From: Neodothiora populina
Taxonomy: Eukaryota
Length of the DNA stretch: 64,000 bases
NCBI RefSeq assembly: GCF_041146345.1
Contig: NW_027191413.1
Span: 1,860,001-1,924,000 of the forward strand
Reading direction: 5' to 3'
The translations under genes and the position numbers were made by a program. Numbering within the stretch: position 1 is the first letter of the stretch; each line of letters opens with the position of its first letter. Below are positions 11,350-23,345 of the stretch, one piece after another. The notes beneath the pieces were generated by a model. That model did no database searches. It saw only the letters and a list, made by a program, of their open reading frames with translations, and was not told the origin of the DNA.

Positions 11350-13184
11350 TCAACATCTACCATCTTGGTCATAGTGCAGTTTCTGAGTAGAGGAAGACAC
11401 TTCGTGATCTAGCAAAGCACCGAGGAGCTTGGTAGAACTGGCCTCGGCCTCTTCAACCATGATTGCTGACTGAGCAGATCGTATCCTTTTACTGTACTGA
11501 AAGTGCATGCTCCGCTGGATCGGCAGCTTGTATGCTGGAAGATGCTCCGACAACGCTGCCATGGGCTCCGCGAACTGACACATTCTTCTTGCTGAAAGAT
11601 CAACGTGCCACCAGCAGTTCCCACGTAGCTTTGGAAGGTCGTGCGTCTGCACCACCATCAGATCAGACCTAGTCGGTGCGGCCGAAGAAGATGATAAAGC
11701 TTCATCACGCGTCATTGCCATAATCGAGTTGCGATACCCGACATACCGCTCACGCAGTCGGTTCGCTTCTCTGCTGTCTTTCACAGCTGGACGCAAGTTT
11801 GCCTCGATGTCTCTCTAAGTCATCCGAGGATCTTCCGCAAGCCATGCTGCGATAAGCCAACCCTGCACCGACCTGGGGATATTGGCCGGCAGCACATGGT
11901 CAAAGGCTCTGCGTGTCCACCCGTTGGCATCCTGGATGGTGTTGCCGAGACTGTCGACCAGATCAGGAACGTGGGCTTTGCTCACTGTCAAAGGCTCTAG
12001 CATTGCTGCTGAAGGTGGAAGACAGTCTGGACTCCACTCTGCCTGACTGGGCACAAAAGACATGCACTCTTCCCCACCGCTACTGATGTCACGCGTATGC
12101 ACTAGAAGGCATTACGATCTCTCCAATGGTATGTGTCGCTGATTGATGACTCACCATAAGCCGTACGGCCAAACTTCCTCTGGTTCCACAGCACATCTCG
12201 AGCATAGTGCAGCATCGGTATGTCAATGTCATCACGAGGCGCGACTTCCTTGCCTTCCAACCACATGGGCTCGTCCGGAGTATAAGAGAGCTTCAAGTCA
12301 GATCTCAGTCCTCCAATATAAGCTGCCGGTCCACAGATTGGTTGCCATGGATAGAGGCCCTCCTGATAGAGTGGCCCAGGGACCCATGCCAGGTTTATAT
12401 CTATCGTCTCGATGTTCGGTCTCTTCATTCTCTCGCTGTACACATCGATAGGCTGCATGAAGCCACGACTGCGTGCCTTCAACTTGTCTGCCAATGTGTG
12501 AAAGTAAAGAGACTGACCCGCAAAATTATACATGTCAATTTCGAAGGCTAGTTGGTTCGTAGGACCTGTCAACATCTCTGTATACTCCCGAGAGCCGTTG
12601 ACAAAGGCGTCGCGATTCTCATCACTACTTTTGGCAGCTCTTGCAAGTGGTGCTGCGATTGCGTTGCGCTCACGACATGCCGCTTTAGGCCTCCGATCTG
12701 CTTGCAGGATGTTGCTGTAAGGGCTGCCAGGAGAAGCCTTCGCCTTATAATCTAACTGTAAAGGCTGTGGCATCCCAGGGTATTGTTGTTCTGCACACCT
12801 ATACTTTATTGCGTAATTGGTGGATAGATCTGACAATGGTGGTCTTGCTACCACCATTTCAGCTATCGGCGCAGATTTTGTGCTTAGACTGTGCACACTC
12901 TGTGGCACATGTGTATGAGGGCGGCCTGTGGAAGGGTTGACTTGCAAAATTATCTGATCAATATCTTGTCGTTTACGCTTTCCGGAAGACAGGTCTTGGG
13001 ACATGGCTGTCTGGCTTGGAACCCAGTATGGAGCTTCAAAGACATTGGAGCCATTGACACTCGAATCCTGTAATAGAGCAGCTCTTGGGACAGAATCGCT
13101 AACATTCATGAAATGACGACCTGCATTTCGAGATTGGTGCCATGCTGCAATGAATTGCTGGTATTTCTCTTTCTCGGAAACCAT
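11350..13184 (-). pseudogene. Two-exon uncharacterised fungal gene interrupted by one in-frame TAG (593 aa if recoded, 438 aa if truncated): either a pseudogene or an RNA-edited/readthrough gene
   Basis: ATG at 13184. A 53-nt intron at 12154..12102 (GTGAGT...TAG) fuses ORF 13184-12102 to ORF 12102-11815. The TAG at 11817-11815 is followed in the same frame by RDIEANL and ORF 11796-11350, reading ...VQGWLIAAWLAEDPRMT*RDIEANL... Confidence 0.7.
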
Positions 13185-14027
13185 AGCTCAACTCCAAGGA
13201 GGACTTCGATGACTCGGTCACACTACGGGTCAAGACCGACGGTCACTGCAGCTTTCGTCAACGACTCGAGCGGAAGAGCGTCAGTGAAATGCTGTTCAAG
13301 CAGAGATCAGATGCTCGCAGATGACGTTACAGATTGTGTGAAGCAACAGGAAGGTGCAAAGGACCTAGGCCCGGGACACATACAATGCAGGTGCATAGGT
13401 ATTTTGGTCCTACAATAGAGTCTCGAGCAACATAGGTTGATGCTGGGACACGCCATCATTAGTCCCTTAGGTGCAACCAGCGAGAAGATGCTCATTGTTA
13501 CGATTCTATGCGTCGTCACTATAGGCACTCCTCTGCCGTAACACGCTGCGCGTTCGTCGACTCGAGTTGGGTTTGAACACGAGATGGGCACATTGTTGCT
13601 TCATTGATAAATCTTCATGCGTATGGAGAGAAAAGTCCTACATTATGAGGTGAACCTTGACATCGAACTCGAAATCTTAGGGAGCAGTTACTGTTAGTCA
13701 GTGGCGAACACGAATCTGTTCCCAGAGATTCTGGTCCTGGTCATTATCATTAGATTATTAGGTAATATGTCACTGATGGCTCTTATGCAATGTCAAGATG
13801 GTGTACTCAAGGCCTCGAATGCGGAGAATGCCTTCAAATTCAGATTATAACATGTGCAGCCCCCAGCATGCTTCTACATCTGTTCGGTTACGACGCCACT
13901 CAACCAAGAAACTATCAAATGCAATGTAAGGTATGCTCCCAATCAAAGCAAGACGGAGGATTGCATTGAGCGCCTACAGGCGGGTCGTTACTATGTGGTT
14001 TGGCTTTGCTGGCTGACCATGTCTCTC

Positions 14028-14275
14028 CTATTGAGCACCAAATCCGGCCATGTCGAGATCCGCCTTTTTGAGAAAGGCCCAGAAGCCATATCCCCGAATA
14101 CAGTCTTTATTGAACATCGTCAATAAGATGAGACCTACCAAGGTGCATGCCTGTGTTTCTGTTTCTCAAGGTTATCAACATATACTACGATCTATATTAA
14201 GTTATTGAGGTTATTGATGCCATTGCCAGTTATTGAGATCACTTTACTACACTTTTATTAATATCTATCTATTGA
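14028..14275. promoter_or_regulatory. Cluster of seven TATTGA motifs (MAT1-1-1/alpha-box-like sites) in the STE3 promoter
   Basis: CTATTGAG at 14028. TATTGA at 14108, 14203, 14212, 14231 and 14270. Reverse copy TCAATA at 14120. Confidence 0.6.
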
Positions 14276-14375
14276 TTTTGCATATATCAAATTGTTCCTC
14301 TCTGCGTACCAGCAAATTACCAAAAGAATCCCCTCATCGTCCTTTCTCTGAGCATCTTCAGCTGGCCTATCCAAC

Positions 14376-15983
14376 ATGAACGCAACAACTCCTCCAAGCA
14401 ACATTGTGCCTGCAGGGGTCTTACCGACGACCGATACTCTAACACCAGCCGGGATTGCTCTTGTGATTCTGGCGCCTGTGACCGTCTTGATCGACATCCC
14501 ACCACTGGTATGGCATATCCGCAACCGTAACACAGCCGCCGGCAGCCTCGTAGTCTGGACCGTCCTCCACAACTTCATCAGCTTCATAAACGTCCTCATC
14601 TGGCCGACCGACAACTTTGAGAGCAAGTACAATGGCGAGGGACTCTGCGATGTGGAGATCAAATTCATGGTCGCCAGAGCGGTGGCAATGCCTGCTGCAA
14701 CGCTGTGCATTATTCGCGCACTTGCCAACGTCATGAACACCAACAAGAACCTTGCCATTCCGACGGAGCAACAGCGGAGACGGATGGCAGTCATGGATCT
14801 GGTCTGGTGTCTGGGTCTTCCGGCAATCATGATGTTCTTCCACTACATCGTACAGCCGAATCGGTATTTCCTTGCTGGTGTATCAGGATGTCAACCATCG
14901 ATTTGGGCGAGTTGGCTCTCGGTCGTTCTGATCGGTCTGCCTCCTCTGTTGCTTAGTGTAGCAAATGCTTTCTACGCAGGTAAGCCATGATCGACTATTT
15001 TCTTCTCGGTCAGGCGTGAAGAAGCTAATCGAAGATTTTAGCTCTTGTCATGTGGCGTCTGTTCAGATATCGAGCGGCGTTTCACAACATCCTAGCCAGC
15101 AGCAACACGACCAAATCCCGCTTCCTAAGGCTCTTCATGATATCTCTTATATTGACTCTTGTGCTATTTCCATATGAGATTTATGCCCTCATCACCGACT
15201 TGCCACGCCATGGAACCAACGGTGGCTTCACATGGAGCGAAGTCCACAACAAAGATACCTGGAGGATCATAGTTCTGTACCACAGCACCGTGTTCTACGA
15301 TCGCTGGACAAATATAGCGTGCGGGTTCCTTTTGTTCATACTCTTCGGCATGGGAAGAGATGCGCAGAAGATGTACGCGCGATGGTTGTGTCATCTTGGC
15401 CTCGGGAAGGTGTTTCCATCATTGGTCCGAAAAGCTGGACACAATATCGGGTCTTCCTCACTTCAGGCTTCTGCGAGCAGCAAAGCAAAACTGATCATCA
15501 AGAACAAATTGAACACTTTCTCGTGAGCAGTTCTCTTTTCGCCTCAATGCAAACTCAGACTTACATATCGATAGATCAAAAGATTCGACCCTGGTGTCAA
15601 GCAAGGACTACAACCACATTGACCCAACCGATCCAACACCAGCGAAGACTGGCGACAAACATCCCAGCAAGCTGCTACCGAGATTCTTCGCCGCTTTTCG
15701 AAAAGACAGCCCATCGTCCACCGAAGACGACGAAGAAGCCGCACCAATAAGAGGAAAAAGCGACACCTTTGCGATGACGGAAATGAGCACGCATGGACAC
15801 GACGAAGCCTCATCTCTACCACCATTTAGGCGGGTGGTGGCGACGACCAGGTCAGAAGTCAGTGCGGACGCGTGGAGCGATAGGGTCGTCGGCCAGGAAG
15901 TGCTGGCGCAGAGAAACATGCTGTTGGATAAGGGAGCAGTGGTCGTCAGGAAAGATATCAGGCGGGCGAGCGAGGCTTGTTGA
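14376..15983 (+). CDS. STE3: a-factor-type pheromone receptor (STE3/PRE1 family GPCR); 3 exons
   Basis: Seven hydrophobic segments and the motifs PPLVWHIRNRN, NVLIWP, GEGLCDVEIK, HYIVQPNRY, GC, SRFLRLF and FILFGMGRDA. Introns 14980..15041 and 15523..15574. Confidence 0.93.
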
Positions 15984-16445
15984 AGTGTGGTTTTCTTCAC
16001 ATGATCTATACATTGCACCCCTTCCAGATTTTTTGATCCGATATCAGATTCTTGGAGCGGGACCCAGTACCTACTTTGCGGCATGCTCATGTTCGGGTCT
16101 GGTCATAGTGGCGTGTTCCCACTTTTCTTTATTGCCACATAGCAAGGCGTAATAATGAGTGTTATCGAGTCCATGGTGTCTATAGGGGCACCAACTGCTT
16201 CTCATCCAATGTGATGGACCTGGCCTGGAGGTGTGATAGTATCAAGGATGGATGAATAAATGAACAATCGGTTATGCACATTCAAAAAAAAATCGTGATA
16301 CGACGTTTCTGATGAGACGAGTTAGTCCATGAGCAGAGAGGGAGATGTTATCATTGAAGACGATTTGAAAAAGTCTTCTATTGCTAGAATACCCTCGCTT
16401 CCATCGCAGTAGAGACACGATGACCGATGCAGTTTTCGGTGTTCA

Positions 16446-18586
16446 TCATCGCTCATCCTCATCTTCAGATAGCTTAGTAGTGAGGTAAGCAGCGACCAGG
16501 GTCGCGCACCCACCGAACCTTAGCACCCATGCCACACTGTCATCTCCAGGGGTACCACGAGGCTTCTGCAGTACTTTGAATATGACACTCGACACCAAAG
16601 TCGCGATGACCTGCGGCGCTGCTATCGCCACATTGTGGATACCCAGGACCACTCCGGCTTGGTCTGCACCTTCCGCAGGGTCTTTTCCGTGTGTGAGCAT
16701 TTCGCCCTCGGCAGTCGCAGGTGCGGGTATCCGGCGTCTTCGGATGGCGTCGCGCTTGCTGATTTCTGCGGCGATGAGGGCAAATGGTGCCCAATTGGTC
16801 AGAGCCCAGGGAATACCGATGAACGCCACGAGGATTGTCGCAGCGGTGGTGCTGCGTACGAAGAAGGTGATCCATGTCGCAACAACGAACATGAGGTGCG
16901 AGAGGAACCATGCACGCCGCAATGTGAGGCCCTTTATTTGTAGACTGGGTATGCTGTTGCGCAGTTTTGTGAACAGGCTCTTTGACTTCTTGGAAGTAGA
17001 TGAGAGGGAGGATGAATTTGGTTGGTAAGCAAAGTAGCCGTTTGCTGACATTGAACCTGGAGTGGTTGGTGTAAATGTCTGGGATCCACGCAGCGGGGTG
17101 TGAGGCTGAGGTGGCGGCGGCTCGAAAGTCGGGGCTATCAGAAGCGGAAGCACGATTGTCGCTGCGAAATTGGTGATGGCAAATATTAGAAGGGCAAAGG
17201 TGCCCATACGAGTGGCACGTTCCCATGTCTGATCGATCTCCTCAGGCGTCATGTGCGGATTTTCCTCAAAGTAAGGCTCGACGTATATCTCGCCAACATA
17301 AGTGGTGATATAGAACAGAAACGGAAACCAGCCGATCCATGCAAAGAATTGTACTTGGCAGACCTTGCCAATCTGAGGAGGGAGGCGGCGTACGGACTTG
17401 TATAAGGAGGCAAAGAAGGCAACAACGCCAGCTTTTTGTTCTGGAGGATCGTCTTCAAGACGAGGGTCGCGTTCACTGACCGTAGCACAGGATACTGTGA
17501 CGGTGACGACAAGGGCTAGACAAGCTAGGACACACAACACCTTGAATTGAGTATTGCCGAAGAATGGCATGTAACGAGGAAGATTGACGTATCCAGACAG
17601 ATAACCAAGGATGTTGCCCACACCAGAAAGCCGGGAAGCCCATGCATTCGCATCGTTCTGTTGGTGTGTAGGAGCGTTGTCGACTATGAATGCGCGGATA
17701 CCCGCCTGAACTATTTCCAAATGAGCTTTTGCGTTCTCTGACGCTCTCTGTTACTTGTTGTTGCTTACTAGTGTTTATTGAAAAGTCTAATATGTAAATG
17801 AAAATAACTGCTACCACAATAGCCGTATTCTTGGTGGCCGGAGAGTCGGGCCCGGCGCCGAATAGAGAGAGGACGTTCGCGACGATTTCCTTCGTCCATG
17901 CTAGGCAGATCAGTGATATTATGGTGCAGAGTGCGCCGCCGACGACGAACGGCCTTCTCTTGCCCCATTTGGATCTACAGCGATCGCTTTTGATGCCAAC
18001 ATAGGGTTGGACGAGAGTCCCGGAGAGTGGACCAGCGATCCAAACAAAAGCCAGGAGACTTTTGCTTATCCCTAGACCGAGAAGGTAGGGCTTGAGATTC
18101 GTCAGCTAAGATCGCGAAACACATGTTGTGATGAGACTGCAACATACCGACCCATTGGACAGCTCAACCGACCAGGCAATCTGTAGACTAGATAAAGAGT
18201 CAGTGAGCATCGAGGATTATGGCAAAGTCTGAGTAGTATATACGGAGACAAGATTTGACCTACCCTCCAATGGAAAGTGTCAGGAGAAAGAGGTACCAAC
18301 TGCTCTTGGTCTCTTCCGGTTCGACGTCCCACTCATCAGACGAAGCAGGCGATTGCACATTCGAAAAAGCAGGCGGAGACTCGATGTCCTCCCTCGCCGG
18401 TGCTATCAACGGAGAGAACTCATCCTGTCCTCTACGAGAGTCAATTGAAGCTGGTCGTTTGCCAATCTCACCAGCAGACTGCGGACCTGAAGGTGATTCT
18501 TGACTCAATGCTGCGAGCTTGGGCTGGTGTGAAGATCGATCGGCTTGGGAGGCAGGTTGTCGCAACTCCCCTTCTGGCGTGTTCAT
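16446..18586 (-). CDS. SUT1: GPH/MFS sucrose-maltose:H+ symporter (S. pombe Sut1-like general alpha-glucoside permease); 4 exons
   Basis: Spliced motifs LTLSIGG-LQIAWSVELSNG, WIAGPLSGTLVQPYVG..SDRCRSKWGKRRPF, QFFAWIGWFPFLFY and GVVLGIHNVAIAAPQ. The start codon is the first in-frame ATG and is uncertain. Confidence 0.88.
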
Positions 18587-20115
18587 CAGGAGATAAGTAC
18601 ACCTATTGCACAAGAGCCGGAACTCGGCCAAGGACTGTGATCAAGACGTTTCGTGATGGAGTCGGTATAGCCGTTGTTCAGATGGCACTGGGGGTCAAGG
18701 ATAACAAGAAAAGGAGAAGCTGAGAATTAGATGCTGCAGGACCAGGCGAAATCTATCTGGCCTGCGATGGATGTGTCGCGTGAAGAACCAGATAGTCTAA
18801 TAGTGGCAGGTGGTCGAGGTCACAAGGCTATGTAGCAGCGTCGAGCAGGCCAAACAAGCTGAGAATGAGCGTCAGCGAAACATATAGCAAGGTACAGTCT
18901 CACGAGTAGATACATGTGCTGTACAGGAAAAAGTGCTGGACGACGCAGGTGACAAGCATCCGATATGCATGTGCTGTTCTGGAAGCTGGTGTTGGGCGTG
19001 GTGGGGTCACAACCTTGAATGGAGAGAACTGAAAGGATTATTGGGGTTGGTTTACTTGCCTTGCTTCCAAAATACATGCAGAGTGCGGTAAGGTGCAGTT
19101 CTCCTGGCTTTTGGTTGGTGATCGAGAAAGAGAAGATATTAAACTGCTAAGGTATGTTTAAGTGTGGGATATTGTATGTACAGTAATACAAGCACAGCAA
19201 AGGATGGAGCGAGGAAGCTGGTAGCTGATTGATGATATCTTTGTCCTTTGTACACCGTATATCTAAAGGACGACACACTGACGTCGTACCTCGTGCCTTA
19301 CATACAGCCCATGCGAGATGCCTCTGCTGCACGGCTCTCTGCCTGGTCATTATCCTTGGCCCTTCCGAACTCCATCGTCCCCAAAAGCGGCATGTGTAGA
19401 TCCTGAGGCTTGGTAGTCCGGAAACAGCCTAGGCTTGATATTCTCACCCTCGTGGTCGAAAGATTCAGGGTAAAGCTGTATATACTGGCTGAGCGGCAGC
19501 TCAAGTGCCTTTACAAGGCATCTGTGTCGATCAGACAAGCTAAAGCACAAGGCAAGGCAGGTCGAACACGGTACCTCTCTATTGGTATACATCCATGTCG
19601 GCATGCTGCATTTCTCTCAGATTGTCAGCGACAACGAGTCATGTCGGATATCTGAGTATTATGTGGTCGTCCTTACATGACACTTGGTGGGGTAAAGAGA
19701 GAGGGTCTAGGGCTAAGAATTAAGGTAAGGTAGACATTATTGGCGACATCAAGTGGAGCTCCAACAACTGGCCGCTTCCACAGACAAACAAAGACGACTA
19801 GTTCGGATAGCATTTGTTATCTTGGTCTTTTGTGATACAAGTATACCCTTGCCCCTGCATCTACAGCTAGCGACTTCACGATACAGGATCTGCTCATTTT
19901 TCGATCACCAGTTGGTCTGCATCAGCTGTATCAGCATAGCGCTCACTCTTACTCTACTGCAACTGCCCATCCCCACGACCGCCGTCACTTCTCTCATCTC
20001 CGTCTCCTTCTCAATCAGGCAACAGCCATAGCATAATCTGGATGCGAATGCGATAACAATTTCCAAGGCAGTGTGCTGCCCGCGCTCTAATATACACTCA
20101 TCCAATTCACCCGTT

Positions 20116-22363
20116 ATGTCTGCCGCACTTCAAGATGTCGTCTTCGAACTCATCCGTATGTATCGTGCAATTCATCGTCGGACTGATTGTCATGATGCGC
20201 CCATCTAATTCTCGGATACTGATATGCCTCGTTTTGTACAGGGCGACAAGATGACGTTGATCCAGAGGGTCAGTACTTTGCGCACCCATCACATCCATAG
20301 ACACGACCGCTGTATAAAGAATGACATTGTATTGATTGACAAGCAGAGCCCGAAGCTGGCCAGAAAGAGATATTCGCCTCGTGGTCCCTCTTCATCCTCA
20401 TCATACTCCTGATCATCGCCCTATTCACCAGCTACATGCTACAGATGAGAAAGATCCAGGCCGTCCACGAAACAGTCCTTTCCATCTTCGCCGGAATGGT
20501 TGTCGGCCTGATCTTGCGCCTGACTGCTTCTCAATCCGTCTTGGGCGCCGTCAGTTTTGACTACCAGTTCTTCTTCAATCTTCTTCTGCCGCCAATCATC
20601 CTCAACTCTGGATACGAACTACATCAAGGCAACTTCTTCCGTAATATCGGCTCCATTCTTACGTTTGCCTTTGCGGGTACTTTCATATCAGCCATGGTCC
20701 TGGGCGTGATTCTTTACCTTTGGACCCGCATTCCACTTGAAGGCCTCGACATATCTTTTGTCGAGGCAATGTCCGTTGGAGCCACTCTTTCCGCTACGGA
20801 TCCCGTTACAATTCTTGCTATCTTCAATACCTACAAAGTCGACCCTCAGCTGTACACTGTCATCTTCGGTGAATCTATCCTGAACGACGCCATTGCCATT
20901 GTGCTCTTCGAGACTGCGCAAAAGTACCGAGAGGGCGCTGCCGCTGGTCACTTGACCATTCTGAGTCTGTTTGAAAGTATCGGCGTCTTCCTACTCGTCT
21001 TCTTTGGCAGTTTGGTCATTGGTCTCGTTGTCGGCATCGGGACCAGCTTGTTGTTGAAGTACACACTGGTCCGAAGATTTCCGAAGATCGAGAGTTGTCT
21101 CGTTCTTCTCATTGCATATGCCACCTACTTCTTTTCTAATGCAGTACACATGTCTGGTAAGTTTCCGTTCGTAAAATGTCTCCCTAATCGACATCACTCA
21201 TGCGCTATACAGGCATCGTCTCTCTATTGTTCTGTGGTATCTGTATGAAACATTACGCATACCACAACATGTCACGCCGGACTCAGCTCACCACCAAATT
21301 CATATTCCAGATCATGGCTCAATTATCCGAGAACTTTATCTTTATCTATCTCGGACTCTCATTGTTCACTGAGGCTGGACTGGAGTATAAGCCATTGTTC
21401 ATCCTCGTCACAGTCGTCGGCATCTGTGTCGCGCGTTACTGCGCTGTGTTTCCCTTATCGCTGGCCATCAACACGGTCATCCGTTACAGGGCTCGCAAAC
21501 GGGGTCGCGACGTGGCAGACGTCATTCCAAAGAGCCATCAGGCTATGCTCTTCTGGGCTGGTCTGCGCGGTGCTGTCGGTGTCGCTCTTGCCGCTGGTCT
21601 GACCGGACCAAATGGATTTGCATTACGCGCGACTGTTCTCGTCGTTGTCGTCCTGACTGTCATCATCTTCGGGGGCACAACCGCGCGTATGCTCGAGATA
21701 TTGAACATCCGCACTGGAGTCGTAGATGAGATCGACAGTGACGACGAGTTCGACATTGAAGTGGTCGGTGGTGGGACTTACAAGAAAACTTCTGGCAAAG
21801 GGTTCGGGCACACTCCTCGACCCAGTGCCGCGTCGGCCATCACTCTCCATGATGTCGGGACCGACGGCGCGCAACTGAACGGAAGAGTGAGTGGCACAAT
21901 CAGAGGTCACCGAAACAGCTTGTACAGCACTGGAAATGCCAGTAGTCCACCCATCCGACCTGGCGACGGGTTGCGCAGAAACAGCAGTCGTAATGCGATG
22001 CGAGATCAAAATACTGCAGAGCAGGGGCTACTGTACGCTGAGACTCAAAGCGGATCTGTTTCTGACGACGAAGCAGCCGGTCTCGACCTGCCTCCCTCAG
22101 CGCGCCGGTCTCCCAGCAGAGATACCTTCACCGACACCAGCGAAAATGATTCATCATACCTCAGCCAGCCGGCAGAGCCGATCCCTAACGATACGGAGCC
22201 AAGTCACCTCACAGCTCGCGGGGCATTGAGTCAGCTGTTCAGCGGCACCACCGAGGATGCTGCAAATATGTTCTCTCGCTTCGACGAGGGCTTCATCAAA
22301 CCGCATTTGCTTCTTGATCCAAGCGCAGGCAATAGACATGGTCATGGGCAGGGTGGCTCTTAG
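20116..22363 (+). CDS. NHX1: Endosomal/vacuolar Na+(K+)/H+ exchanger; 4 exons
   Basis: Motifs FFNLLLPPIILNSGY, LSATDPV, FGESILNDA and WAGLRGAVGVAL. Two short 5' exons (MSAALQDVVFELI / RRQDDVDPE / EPEAGQKEIFASW) are joined by canonical introns. Confidence 0.93.
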
Positions 22364-23345
22364 ATTTCTTATTCTACTAGCAGATGACGCAATGAAATAA
22401 TCGATTGTTTTGATTCCGATCTACCTTATGATCGGACATGTATAGTATGTCCGCTTTCCAGTCTCTCGAGGTGAAGGCCGAGAGTCATGGGCGAGTCAAG
22501 CGTTGAAACACCTTCTAGCGCCAATAGTGTGTGTCTCTTAGCGCTTTTCCTCGAACGCAGGCAAAGACTGATCCCGCGTCTTCGTATTCACAGTAATGCT
22601 GTGGCGTTACGACACATGTCTGCTATTTTGTAAATCGATTAGCCGGGATAGAAAGTATGGTAAACGACAGCCGTTACAGGGGGAGCTAGCTGGCTGTGCC
22701 GGCGGACAGGACCCGTTATTCCTAGATGGCGTACCTGCGCAGAGGTTCCGACATGAAACAGCTAGTGCAAACCATGCCCCACGCCATGATTTGCTTATTT
22801 CTACCCATGGTGACTTACCTTAGAAAATTGCGAAACAGTAATCAATGTGATGATAAGTTGTGTTCTGCGGAAGTCTTATACATGTTTACGGGCCCGATTG
22901 AGCACTGGGACTTGGAAGTATTACTACGATGACAAGACCTAAGCATGTTACTCACTTGACTCACCCCTTTGAACTAGGTCCTTTCGCCCTTGCGTCCTCA
23001 GATTCCGAGTCATTCGTGTTCCGCTTCTGGACCACTCAGCCGCCCTGTTAGACTGCACGTTTTAGATTCCTTCGGGCACTGAAATTACCAATTTTTGGGT
23101 CTAACAAAACACGGCTGGGATGGACAGACAAACAATGCTGCTGTTCTTTGTTCTAAAGAACTCGTAAATGGACATCTTTCCGTGGTTATTCTGTTCCTCA
23201 ATCACTTCCATCAAACAGCGTTTCAAGTGTGAGCATAGAAGGACTAAGTACTAAAGATCTGTCGAAGAAACACATCACCTGTCTCCTTTGTTATTGAACG
23301 ATTTCCTTCTTCCCATAGTTCTGCTGATTCCACATTTACTACGCA

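Noticed and set aside
11815..11872. A 58-nt intron (GTCGGT...TTAG) that would remove the premature TAG
   Set aside because: Splicing it shifts the frame into a TGA within about 11 codons, it lacks a well-placed branch point, and it would delete the motif-like GWLIAAW..DPR segment.
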